Assembly (NCBI GenBank): GCA_965200875.1
Contig: OZ241456.1
Coordinates: 96,001-160,000, forward strand
Length of the DNA: 64,000 nucleotides
From: Bdellovibrionales bacterium
GTDB lineage: Bacteria; Bdellovibrionota; Bdellovibrionia; Bdellovibrionales; UBA1609
Direction: 5' to 3'
The notes under the pieces are model-generated. The model ran no database searches. It was given only the letters and a program-made list of their open reading frames with translations, and was not told the DNA's origin. Positions 31,103-39,455 of the stretch are shown in pieces. The position numbers were made by a program, and so were the translations under genes. How positions within the stretch are numbered: the first letter of the stretch is position 1; every line of letters starts with the position of its first letter.

Positions 31103-31658
31103 AAAAGTTTCTCCTTATCTGATTTTCCATGATCGTTAAATGAAGTTTCAAAGTGTCATCAAAAATCTGTCCTCCGGCGGAAATTTTCAAGCCCCCTATA
31201 AGGTTTTTTTCTGTTGGCTTTTCCCGCAAAGTAATATTTTTATTAAAAGATGTCTCAAGTTTTTTTATTAATTTTTCTTTCAGCTCTTTATGAATCGGCC
31301 CTGATGACTCCACTTCCACAAACATCTCCCCTTTCAGCTCTTTTTCTCTATCTTCAAGATCAGTTAATATTGTTTGAAACTCCCTCCATCTTTTTTTTTC
31401 CAACAGCAAAAATAAAAAGGAGCGAACTGAACGCTGAAGTTTAAAAGAGTCAAAAACTTTTTGCAAAACGGATTTCTTTTGCGTTAAAGTCCAACAAGGA
31501 GACAGAAAAAATCTTTTTACTTCTGGAGACTTAAAACATTTTCCCAAGTTCTTTAATTCTTCTAAAGCCGTAAAAAAATCTTTTTCAGGAAGATTTTCAA
31601 AACTTTCTTCTAAAGCGCGTGCATAAGTACTGGCAATAGATCTCACATTCTCTCCCAT
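31083..31658 (-). CDS. atpH: ATP synthase F1 delta
   Basis: YARAL N-terminus, LIGG C-terminal motif; position before atpA. Confidence 0.88.
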   Translation of the reverse strand: MGENVRSIASTYARALEESFENLPEKDFFTALEELKNLGKCFKSPEVKRFFLSPCWTLTQKKSVLQKVFDSFKLQRSVRSFLFLLLEKKRWREFQTILTDLEDREKELKGEMFVEVESSGPIHKELKEKLIKKLETSFNKNITLREKPTEKNLIGGLKISAGGQIFDDTLKLHLTIMENQIRRNFYDHASQ

Positions 31659-32215
31659 TTTTGAACCATCTGATGATTTAATTTTTCAAAACTTTCCGGA
31701 CTCGCTTTCAAAAGCCTAGATCTGGTTTTTTGCATTACTGAAGATAAAAATCGATTTTTCAGTTTATTTAAGGCTTTTATTTTAATTCGTTTAAGCTCTT
31801 GTTCCACTTGTTCTTTTAAAACTTTCATTTCCTGTTTTTCCCGCGTCTCCCACTCTGTTTTTAAGTTATCTAAAGCTTTTGCCACAGTAGATTCCATATT
31901 TTTTTCTTTTTTTATGAGGGCCTGCACTTTATCCTCCAGTAAGAGGTAAGCGGATTGATTCTGTTTTTCCAGAAAAGACGCTTTTTTTTTATACTCTGTA
32001 AAATCTTTTTGCTTTTGTTTTAAAAACCCTGGCAATTTTTTTTTCAGCAAGTAAAACAAAGCCAGAGCAAACAAAGAAAAGTTAAACACCTGAAAAAATA
32101 CAAAGCGCAGAGGGATATTTCCCGCGTCTCCTGCTCCTTCTGCTCCTGTCAGAGGCAATATAAACAACAAAATAAGTCCTAAAATCCGACAGTCCATTTT
32201 CATTCTCTTCTTCAA
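31643..32215 (-). CDS. atpF: ATP synthase F0 subunit b (with N-terminal signal-like extension)
   Basis: QVFNF-TM anchor followed by charged coiled coil; position before atpH. Confidence 0.8.
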   Translation of the reverse strand: MKKRMKMDCRILGLILLFILPLTGAEGAGDAGNIPLRFVFFQVFNFSLFALALFYLLKKKLPGFLKQKQKDFTEYKKKASFLEKQNQSAYLLLEDKVQALIKKEKNMESTVAKALDNLKTEWETREKQEMKVLKEQVEQELKRIKIKALNKLKNRFLSSVMQKTRSRLLKASPESFEKLNHQMVQKWERM

Positions 32216-32649
32216 TGGAGCAAACGGTTCAAAGCTGTCTCAGCTAGCGGATTTATTTCCGATTGCATAAGAATTTCTGCTTGTTCCATTTCTTGGAAAA
32301 AGTCCGCTTTTTTTTGTTTATACTCTTCCTTAATTACTTTCTCACCTTTTAACCGGCTTTGAGAAAACTTTTCTTTTAATTTTTGACTTCCCTCATTGTA
32401 GAGAATATTAAACTTTTCATTGAGACTTTGTGCCTTTGTTTCATATTCTCTCTCTAAGTCCTGCTTTTTTTTCTCCCACTTCTCTGCTTGTTTCAAACGC
32501 TCTTTAGTTTCTTTTTCCCTTTGATTTTGAAGATGAAAGTACGGACGAAAAAGCCACCGGGAAAACACCGGATAAAAGAAAAGAAAAATTAGAAACTGTA
32601 TCCATAAAGTACCATCTACACCTAAAGCCTCTGTTAAGGAAGAAAACAT
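32212..32649 (-). CDS. atpF2: ATP synthase F0 subunit b'
   Basis: TLWIQFLIFL..LFRPY TM anchor plus coiled coil; tandem with atpF. Confidence 0.78.
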   Translation of the reverse strand: MFSSLTEALGVDGTLWIQFLIFLFFYPVFSRWLFRPYFHLQNQREKETKERLKQAEKWEKKKQDLEREYETKAQSLNEKFNILYNEGSQKLKEKFSQSRLKGEKVIKEEYKQKKADFFQEMEQAEILMQSEINPLAETALNRLLH

Positions 32650-32684
32650 ATTTTACCTCTCGTTTGTTCCATATATTTATTTAT

Positions 32685-32730
32685 TGGTCCGTGAAAAACC
32701 TTTTTATATCAGGAGATTTACCATTTTCAC
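32685..32730. repeat. degenerate remnant of the MITE-like terminal repeat family
   Basis: TGGTCCGTGAAAAACC (32685-700) resembles both ends of the 35017-35096 element; TTTTCAC at 32724-30 is inverted to GTGAAAA. Confidence 0.3.
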
Positions 32731-32778
32731 ACCCGACTTCTTAAAAATAAGCTTAACCGGAATAAAAAAAAGAATCAA

Positions 32779-33129
32779 TTAACATATTGGCTTTCTTTTT
32801 AAGTCAGAGGCTTTAACTGAAGCTCCTTCAAAAAAAGCTCCTTCTTCAATATGTAGTTGAGGAGTGCTTAAAGCACCATAAAATTCAGAACCTTTTATCA
32901 AACTGATTTTCCTTTGGGCAGACACTTCCCCTTTCATCCAACCCTTTAAGATCAACTCCCCTACAGAAATTTTAGCTGTGACATTCGCACCTGGTTCCAC
33001 GATTAAAACACCTTGACTGAAAACTTCCCCTTCAAACCGGCCACAAAGACGAGCTATCCCCTCAAAGCCCAGCCGGCCTTCAAAAAAAGCTCCACGAGTT
33101 AAAATAACATTGGTATTTGGATTTTTCAC
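32779..33129 (-). CDS. bactofilin (polymer-forming cytoskeletal protein)
   Basis: Beta-helix pattern FEGRLGFEG..FEGEV..LIVEPGA..IEEGAFFEG. Confidence 0.88.
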   Translation of the reverse strand: MKNPNTNVILTRGAFFEGRLGFEGIARLCGRFEGEVFSQGVLIVEPGANVTAKISVGELILKGWMKGEVSAQRKISLIKGSEFYGALSTPQLHIEEGAFFEGASVKASDLKRKPIC

Positions 33130-33217
33130 ACTACACCTTACCTTTAAAAAAAACCTCTAGAAAGTAAAAAAAAAGACAGAGACATTAAAACTCCAGTTTT
33201 GGCATTACAGGAAATTT

Positions 33218-34135
33218 TTATAATTCCGCTTTCAACAAAAGATCCATTATGTGTTTAAGCTCTTCTTCTGAAAAAAAACGCAGACAAAGCTCTCCACCTT
33301 TTTTCTTGAAACTCAATCGGCTTTTTACTCCATGAACATTTTGAATTTGATCTATGGCTTGAGTTTGCCAAGGTATTTGTTTCCTAATTCCACTCGCAGG
33401 CTTTTTCTTTTTCTGAGATAAAAGACTTTGAGCTTCTCTCACTCCTGTCTTGTGTTTGGCAAAATATCTGGCCCACTTTATTTTTGTTAAATGATCTTTT
33501 TCCTGTAATAAAATTTTTGCCAAAGCTAAAGAAAGTTTTTCTTTTAAAATTAAGTTTTGCACTTCTTTCGGTAAATTTAAAATCCTTAAGTAATTAGCCA
33601 GAGTAGGTCGTGCAATTCCCAGCTGATCCGCAAGCTGTTCCTGAGTAAGTTTTTGCTCTTGCAAAAGCTTTTTACACGCCAGAGCCAGCTCCAAAGGATT
33701 TAAATCCTCTCTTTGAAGGTTTTCCACTAAAGGCAAAAAAATATTATCTGAATCCAACACTCTGACAGGAATTTCCTTTAAACCTGCCTGCATGGTGGCT
33801 CTCCATCTTCTTTCTCCAGCCACAATTTGATATTTTGATCCGGAAAGTTTTTTGACAATAACCGGCTGAATCAAACCATTTTTCTTAATAGAATCAGCCA
33901 GATCTTTTAAAAATTCCTTATCAAAAACCCGACGAGGTTGATTGGGGTTGGCCTGTATTTGTTCAATACCCAAGCAAAAAACCTCTCTTTGAAACCTCCC
34001 ATTAGTGGAAGAAAAAGCAGAAGGAGAAGAAAAAAGACTATCCAAACCCCGACCTAAAACCGGTCTGCTCCCGGAAAGAGAAGAAGATTTGGCTTTTTTC
34101 AGTCCTTGATTTTCCCGCAAGTTTTTAAGGCGCAT
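33218..34135 (-). CDS. parB: chromosome partitioning protein ParB
   Basis: LGRGLDSL ParA-activating peptide, NPNQPR, GERRWRA CTPase motif, ENLQREDLN, HTH. Confidence 0.96.
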   Translation of the reverse strand: MRLKNLRENQGLKKAKSSSLSGSRPVLGRGLDSLFSSPSAFSSTNGRFQREVFCLGIEQIQANPNQPRRVFDKEFLKDLADSIKKNGLIQPVIVKKLSGSKYQIVAGERRWRATMQAGLKEIPVRVLDSDNIFLPLVENLQREDLNPLELALACKKLLQEQKLTQEQLADQLGIARPTLANYLRILNLPKEVQNLILKEKLSLALAKILLQEKDHLTKIKWARYFAKHKTGVREAQSLLSQKKKKPASGIRKQIPWQTQAIDQIQNVHGVKSRLSFKKKGGELCLRFFSEEELKHIMDLLLKAEL

Positions 34136-34937
34136 GAATTAGCCCTCCCTCTTTTACGCTTGTTGGAGAAGTAGCTTTTTCCTGGCCGAAGATCTGCCCT
34201 TGCAACTCCCCGGCCAGCTGTTCGTAGGCCATTGCTCCAGAACAATAGGGTTCATATTGAAAAATAGTTTTTCCAAAACCCGGTGCTTCACTCAATCGAA
34301 CATTACGGGGTATAACAGTTTTGAAAACCTGCTCTTTAAAGTGTCGACGCACCTCTTGCTCCACTTGATGACTTAAAGAATTACGAGTCGCAAAAAGAGT
34401 TAGTAAAATACCCTGAAGTTTTAAAATAGGATTCCATCTTTCCTTTACCTCTCTCGCCGTTTCCAGTAAACGACTTAAACCTTCTAAAGCGTAGTATTCA
34501 CACTGCAAAGGCACAATAAAAGCCGATGAAGCTGTTAAAGCATTTAATGTCAAAAGTCCGAGGGAGGGAGGGGTATCAATGAAAATAAATTCATAGTTCT
34601 TTATTTTGTGCAAAATGTTTTTCAGAAAAAACACTCTCTCAAATTCTCTGGCCAACTCCACCTCCGCACCCGCTAAATCCGCACCGGTTGGAATAATATC
34701 CAAACCAGAAACAGAAGTGGAATAAATAGTTTCCTTTAAAGAGCATTGACCCATCAATGCTTGATAAACACCCTTTTTCAAAGAAATGCCCAAGCCACTG
34801 GAAGCACTGCCCTGAGGATCAAAGTCCAAAAGTAGGATTTTTCTATTTTTCAGAGCCAAAGCAGAAGAAAGATTGAGGGCTGTCGTGGTTTTCCCGACAC
34901 CTCCTTTTTGATTAGCAACACTTATTATCCTATTCAT
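34125..34937 (-). CDS. parA: chromosome partitioning ATPase ParA/Soj
   Basis: NQKGGVGKTT deviant Walker A, DTPPSLG, QCEYYALEG, IPRNVRLSEAP. Confidence 0.97.
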   Translation of the reverse strand: MNRIISVANQKGGVGKTTTALNLSSALALKNRKILLLDFDPQGSASSGLGISLKKGVYQALMGQCSLKETIYSTSVSGLDIIPTGADLAGAEVELAREFERVFFLKNILHKIKNYEFIFIDTPPSLGLLTLNALTASSAFIVPLQCEYYALEGLSRLLETAREVKERWNPILKLQGILLTLFATRNSLSHQVEQEVRRHFKEQVFKTVIPRNVRLSEAPGFGKTIFQYEPYCSGAMAYEQLAGELQGQIFGQEKATSPTSVKEGGLIHAP

Positions 34938-35016
34938 TCCTATATCTCTTTTGCTTTGGATTTCACATTCTTTTCCACTTGCTCATTTTTTGTTTTTCTT
35001 TCAAAAAGCAAACTAT

Positions 35017-35096
35017 CTAGAAGCCCGTGAAAAACCCTTTCTTTCCCGTGAAAACGGGAATCCAAGGAAATAACACCCTTTATCAAGGACCACTAG
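35017..35096. mobile_element. 80-bp MITE-like element bounded by CTAG, with internal REP-like hairpin
   Basis: CTAG at 35017-20 and 35093-96; imperfect terminal inverted repeats (AAGCCCGTGAAAAAC / revcomp TGGTCCTTGATAAAG); hairpin TTCCCGT-GAAA-ACGGGAA at 35043-60 followed by TCC. Confidence 0.5.
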
Positions 35097-35210
35097 GTAT
35101 TTTCTCCAAACCAGTCTCCCACAAAATAGCTCAACTTGTCCAGACTAAAAGCGTGTTTTAATCAAGCATGAACACTTATTAAAAAAACACCACTTATGAT
35201 TTTTTCCAAA

Positions 35211-35226
35211 TGTTCCACGGGGAACA
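35211..35226. other. parS: parS site 1
   Basis: TGTTCCACGGGGAACA, one mismatch to palindromic TGTTCCACGTGGAACA; about 270 bp upstream of parA. Confidence 0.85.
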
Positions 35227-35270
35227 TTAAGGATATCCAAAATTTTTAGGTTCTGGAAATATTTGCCATC

Positions 35271-35525
35271 TTATACTAGTAATTAATAATAAAATATTAG
35301 TAGTAGGGAGTAAAAAACTGTTGATAATTATTTATAAATATATGAAATAAATAAGATTTTATACTAAAAAAACTGTTGATAACTATGTTCATATATTCTG
35401 TTGATAACTCAATACCAAAGTGCATAAAAGTGGTTTTCAACACTTTATGAACAAAATATTTATTAATTATTTATAAATATATGAAATAAATAAGATTTTA
35501 TACTAAAAAACATTGTTGATAACTA
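35271..35525. other. candidate replication origin (oriC-like element)
   Basis: TGTTGATAA (revcomp TTATCAACA) at 35319-27, 35374-82, 35399-407, 35514-22; variants TTTTCAACA 35434-42 and TTATGAACA 35445-53; TAGTAGTAG trio-like run 35298-306; very AT-rich; non-coding. Confidence 0.6.
35325..35510 (+). repeat. 47-bp perfect AT-rich direct repeat (2 copies, 139-bp period)
   Basis: TAATTATTTATAAATATATGAAATAAATAAGATTTTATACTAAAAAA at 35325-35371 and 35464-35510, each followed within 2-3 bp by TGTTGATAACTA. Confidence 0.9.
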
Positions 35526-35678
35526 CTTTTAAGAAGCAAAATACCAAGAAAAAAATTGAGATAAAAATAACTGTTGGTTTTATGGATTTTGCTTTTTTTT
35601 AAGTGGAGATAGCAAAAAATAGCTTTTATTTATAAGGTTTTTTCTTTTTAAGATTATTCATTTTCAGGACCGGGAGTG

Positions 35679-36146
35679 TTATTTTACTTTTTTTCTTAAC
35701 TCCAAAAAATAATCCCAGTTTTCCTTGTATTCTTCGAGCTTTGATAAAGATCTTGAGTTTCCAAAATTCTTTATATCTTCCACGGGAATTATGTAACAAT
35801 CTCCGTTATGACTATTTATTCCAAAAATAATATCACAATCTTTTTTTGTGTATATGTAAGCGCGACTTTTAGCCTTCCTGTCAATCTGTTTTCCTGATCT
35901 AACACCACCCTGAAAGTTTAAAATGCCTGTACTTGTTCCTTTTATTTGTATTCTTAAGAGCTTTGTCTTGGTATTTGATATATCTATAACAGCATCGTAC
36001 TTAGCATTTGTTATATCCACTTTAGAACAAGAAAATCCGGCTTTTATTATCCGGCCTATGGCAATGAACTCGTCTGAATTGCCGTTCATAGTCCTAAATA
36101 TACCTGGTTTTTTTTCGGTTATATTTACTTTCCAGTCCTTAGACAT
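35679..36146 (-). CDS. PD-(D/E)XK endonuclease, putative Type II restriction enzyme
   Basis: G.SDE helix, KYDAVID and LRIQIK motifs of the small PD-(D/E)XK_5 / I-Ssp6803I-like fold; overlaps the MTase 3' end by 22 bp. Confidence 0.7.
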   Translation of the reverse strand: MSKDWKVNITEKKPGIFRTMNGNSDEFIAIGRIIKAGFSCSKVDITNAKYDAVIDISNTKTKLLRIQIKGTSTGILNFQGGVRSGKQIDRKAKSRAYIYTKKDCDIIFGINSHNGDCYIIPVEDIKNFGNSRSLSKLEEYKENWDYFLELRKKVK

Positions 36147-37060
36147 TTTGTCATTTCCTTGGCTATTCTTATAACAACAGGAACAGAAACACTATTGCCT
36201 ATCTGTTTATAGAGATGAGACTTTGCCATATCTGGTAAAATGAAGCTATCTGGGAAACCTTGAAATCTAGCACACTCCCTTGGTGTTAACTTTCTTATAC
36301 CATATTTATCTTTAATAAGTGGAACATTATGGCCACCTGTCCCCATATTAGCCGTCAATGTGGGACAAGTTTTTGATTTGTTTTCCCTCACATACATTCT
36401 GCGCCACTGATAGATTGTGTTTGGCTTTGTTATTTCCTTTTTAAGCTCTTTATGAATAGAAAACTTATGGTAATAAAAATTATCATCTTGTTTTTTCTTT
36501 ATTAAAATATCTTTGATCTTTTTTGTAAGTTTAAGAGGTTTTGGGAATTTAAAATCTGTATTATTTAAAAAGCCAATGATATAAATTCTTTCCCTTGTTT
36601 GTGGAGTATTGCCATATTCTTTTGTGTTCATGATTTTATAATGAACATTATATCCAATATTTCTTAAATCATCCAACATATTATTTAAAATATCTCCTTT
36701 GTTCAAAGAGGAAAGTCCTTTTACATTTTCCAATAGAAAGCTTTCTGGTTTTTTTTCTTTAAGGATTCTTTGTATTTCAAAAAATAAACTCCCGCGTTTG
36801 TCTTTTAATCCCTTTTTATAGCCAGCATAACTGAAAGGTTGGCATGGAAAACCGGCAAGTAATATATTATGATCGGGAATGTCTTTTGATAGAATATTAT
36901 GTATGTCCCCAAAAGGAATGTCCTTAAAGTTTTCTTTATAAGTTATCTGTGCCTGTTTATCTGTCTCACTTGAAAACACACACTTTCCACCGGCCTTTTC
37001 AAAAGCCAATCTTAACCCACCAATGCCGGCAAATAAATCAATAAACTTAAAAGATTCCAT
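36125..37060 (-). CDS. DNA (cytosine-5)-methyltransferase
   Basis: Motif I DLFAGIGG, IV GFPCQPFS, VI LENVKG, VIII QTRER, IX RKLTPRECARFQGFP, X YKQIGNSV. Confidence 0.95.
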   Translation of the reverse strand: MESFKFIDLFAGIGGLRLAFEKAGGKCVFSSETDKQAQITYKENFKDIPFGDIHNILSKDIPDHNILLAGFPCQPFSYAGYKKGLKDKRGSLFFEIQRILKEKKPESFLLENVKGLSSLNKGDILNNMLDDLRNIGYNVHYKIMNTKEYGNTPQTRERIYIIGFLNNTDFKFPKPLKLTKKIKDILIKKKQDDNFYYHKFSIHKELKKEITKPNTIYQWRRMYVRENKSKTCPTLTANMGTGGHNVPLIKDKYGIRKLTPRECARFQGFPDSFILPDMAKSHLYKQIGNSVSVPVVIRIAKEMTKCLRTGK

Positions 37061-37386
37061 AAAGCTTTCATTTATTTAAAAGTACTTTATTAAAAATTCA
37101 AATATTTCAGATTTCAAGTCGTTTTGCGTCATCATGTAGATGTTTAGTAATTCTCTGAAAGAATTTGGTTTATTGTAGAACCTTATATGTGGTTCACCAA
37201 ACCAGACTAGATCTTTGGCGGGCTTTATGACTCCACTATCAATTAGCTACTTTATAAATTATGCTTTTGTTCGCGCAAGCTATCAGTTTTGAAGTTCTTT
37301 GTTGTTCGTAAGTTAGATCACCAAGTGCTTCTGGAATATTTTTTAGGAGACTTTTAAGAGTCATGTTGAACAGGCTTTTTCACAAA

Positions 37387-37402
37387 TGTTCCCCGTGGAA
37401 CA
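37387..37402. other. parS: parS site 2
   Basis: TGTTCCCCGTGGAACA (reverse complement of site 1); palindrome extends to ACAAA...TTTGT (37382-37407). Confidence 0.85.
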
Positions 37403-37618
37403 TTTGTATTTTAAACAGCCTTTTTCTAGGACCACTAGATGTTTTTAAATTAAAGTTCGGTATAGCCTAAAGACTTAGAAAAACAAAAAAAATCGGGATT
37501 ATCTTTCGGATCTTTATCGGTCCATAACAAGACCTCCTCCGAACCTAGGTATAAAAAAAGTGTTTTTCAATCTCCCAGTGGGTTTTTCCGAAAAGAGGAA
37601 TATAGTTTAAGGGTGATT

Positions 37619-38620
37619 ATGAAAAACTTTATACCAAAGTATTTTTTCCGGGGAGTCATTATTTTATTGATGACTTTTTTGTCAGCTTCATGCTGTAAAG
37701 AAAAACCCATTGATACAAAGCAAGACAAACAAACAAAGACAGATAAAGAATACAAAAGATTAAAAGATAAGGTTCACAATAAAGAAAACGAGTTGGAAGA
37801 AGCTGAGGATGAGTTGGATGAGGTCGAAGATGAGCTGGAAGAGGTCGAAGATGAGCTGGAAGAGATAGAGAAAAAACTAAAAAACAACCAAGATTTAACC
37901 ACTGCAGAACGCAAAAAGTTAGAAGAACAAAAAAGAACCTTGGAATCTCAAAAAAGTACTTTAGAGAACCGGATTACTTCTTTGACCGGGGATATAACAA
38001 GATTAAGAGGGGAGCGGGATAGAGCTTTGCAAGAGCGAGATGAAGCTAGGCGACAAAAAACAACTGCTGAGACAGAACGGGATTGCTGGAAAAAGACAAC
38101 AGGAAATTTTTGTCATAGGCACTCAAAAGTAGTGGCCAGAATTATAGCCAAGATACCTAAGACTGATTGCGCTGAAGTTAATTATTGCGACCTAGAAACA
38201 ATCACCAATCTTGATTTAAGTGGGAGTTATGATCCAGGTGATCACAAATGTTCTGATTATCAGTTTTCTGTACAACCAAGTGATTTTTTAGGACTTACCA
38301 AGCTTGAGACGCTGGATTTGTCTGGGAATTGTATAAATACTATGATGCCTTTTACGGCAAGCAGTGGCTTTTTTAGAGAATTAGACAGCATAAGACAAAT
38401 AAATTTACAGGACACTGATGTTTATAAACTTTCAAAAAATTTTTTCAATGGAATTTTAGATACTTTAGAAGACGGCAAAGTATTGGTCACGGATTTTACT
38501 TATTGCTCCAGTCCAGAATCACCCTATAAAAGTAAATTAGGTGAGCGTGAGGGGACAAATGAGAATTTTGTCGGGAATAGCAGACTCCCTGCTAACCGAC
38601 AAGCTGAATTTTGCTATTAA
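37619..38620 (+). CDS. putative lipoprotein with coiled-coil stalk and Cys-capped leucine-rich-repeat domain
   Basis: Signal ending FLSASCC; acidic heptad coiled coil; FCHR...DCAEV cap; LRR units ITNLDLSG, LTKLETLDLSGNCI, IRQINLQDTDV. Confidence 0.75.
   Translation: MKNFIPKYFFRGVIILLMTFLSASCCKEKPIDTKQDKQTKTDKEYKRLKDKVHNKENELEEAEDELDEVEDELEEVEDELEEIEKKLKNNQDLTTAERKKLEEQKRTLESQKSTLENRITSLTGDITRLRGERDRALQERDEARRQKTTAETERDCWKKTTGNFCHRHSKVVARIIAKIPKTDCAEVNYCDLETITNLDLSGSYDPGDHKCSDYQFSVQPSDFLGLTKLETLDLSGNCINTMMPFTASSGFFRELDSIRQINLQDTDVYKLSKNFFNGILDTLEDGKVLVTDFTYCSSPESPYKSKLGEREGTNENFVGNSRLPANRQAEFCY
37799..37864 (+). repeat. 21-bp (heptad-coding) tandem repeat inside the lipoprotein gene
   Basis: GAGGTCGAAGATGAGCTGGAA exact at 37820-40 and 37841-61; degenerate copy at 37799-819. 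Confidence 0.85.
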
Positions 38621-38645
38621 AAAACCCTATTATCAAATACACTTT

Positions 38646-39257
38646 TTAAAGTTTTACAGTTTTAAGTAAGGTTTTTTTGCCTGATAAAAGAGGATGATTA
38701 TAACTTTTTACTTCCTGGATTTTCCAAAGCTTTTTAACTTCTTTATTTCCATTTTCCCATTTCTTTTTCCAGTCTGGAGTTTGTAAATGATAGTAAAAAG
38801 AATTTTTTTCAAAACGGGATTTGGTTAAAAAAAGCCTCTCATTAAGAGAAAGAAAAGCTTTAGAAACAGCGCATTTCAAAAAAGTTTTTTCCTGTTGGAT
38901 AGGAATATTTTTCACTTGGACATTTTTCAATTTCATTTTCCAGCAAGTATATTTTAAAAAATCTGCCTTTTTTTTATTAGGCTCAAAAAGCCAAAACATT
39001 CTCTTAGCATCTAATGTTGCCAAAACAAGCCCTGGGAAACCAGCCCCTGAACCAATATCAGAAATAAGTTCATGGTCTGAGTCCTTAAGCAGTATCTGCC
39101 CGGCTAAAACAGAATCTAAAATCAACTCTTGGCAAAAATCTTTTCCTTTTTTCCGGGAATATAAAGGTATCACTTTATTAAAAGAACAAAGTGCTTCCAC
39201 ATAAACTGAAAACTTTTTTATTTGTGAATCCCTTAAAAACTTATTCCAACTTTTCAT
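38646..39257 (-). CDS. rsmG: 16S rRNA m7G527 methyltransferase RsmG (GidB)
   Basis: DIGSGAGFPG, EPNKKKADFL; downstream of mnmG. Confidence 0.85.
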   Translation of the reverse strand: MKSWNKFLRDSQIKKFSVYVEALCSFNKVIPLYSRKKGKDFCQELILDSVLAGQILLKDSDHELISDIGSGAGFPGLVLATLDAKRMFWLFEPNKKKADFLKYTCWKMKLKNVQVKNIPIQQEKTFLKCAVSKAFLSLNERLFLTKSRFEKNSFYYHLQTPDWKKKWENGNKEVKKLWKIQEVKSYNHPLLSGKKTLLKTVKL

Positions 39258-39411
39258 TTTTTTTGATTTCTTCAGTAAGAGCTTATTTTTGCAAAAACTT
39301 CTTTAATAAAAGAATAAAAACAATGGCTACTGGCAATAAATCAAGTAAAAAATATATGTCACCACAATAAAAACAGGGAATAGTAGTATTTTAAACAGCT
39401 TTTTTCATAAA

Positions 39412-39427
39412 TGTTCCACGGGGAACA
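39412..39427. other. parS: parS site 3
   Basis: TGTTCCACGGGGAACA. Confidence 0.85.
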
Positions 39428-39455
39428 TTTGTATTTTGAACCGCATCTGGCAAAA

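Noticed and set aside
35325..35510. 47-bp direct repeat as a mini-CRISPR or attL/attR pair
   Set aside because: Only two copies with a 92-bp gap full of DnaA-like boxes; no cas gene or integrase nearby
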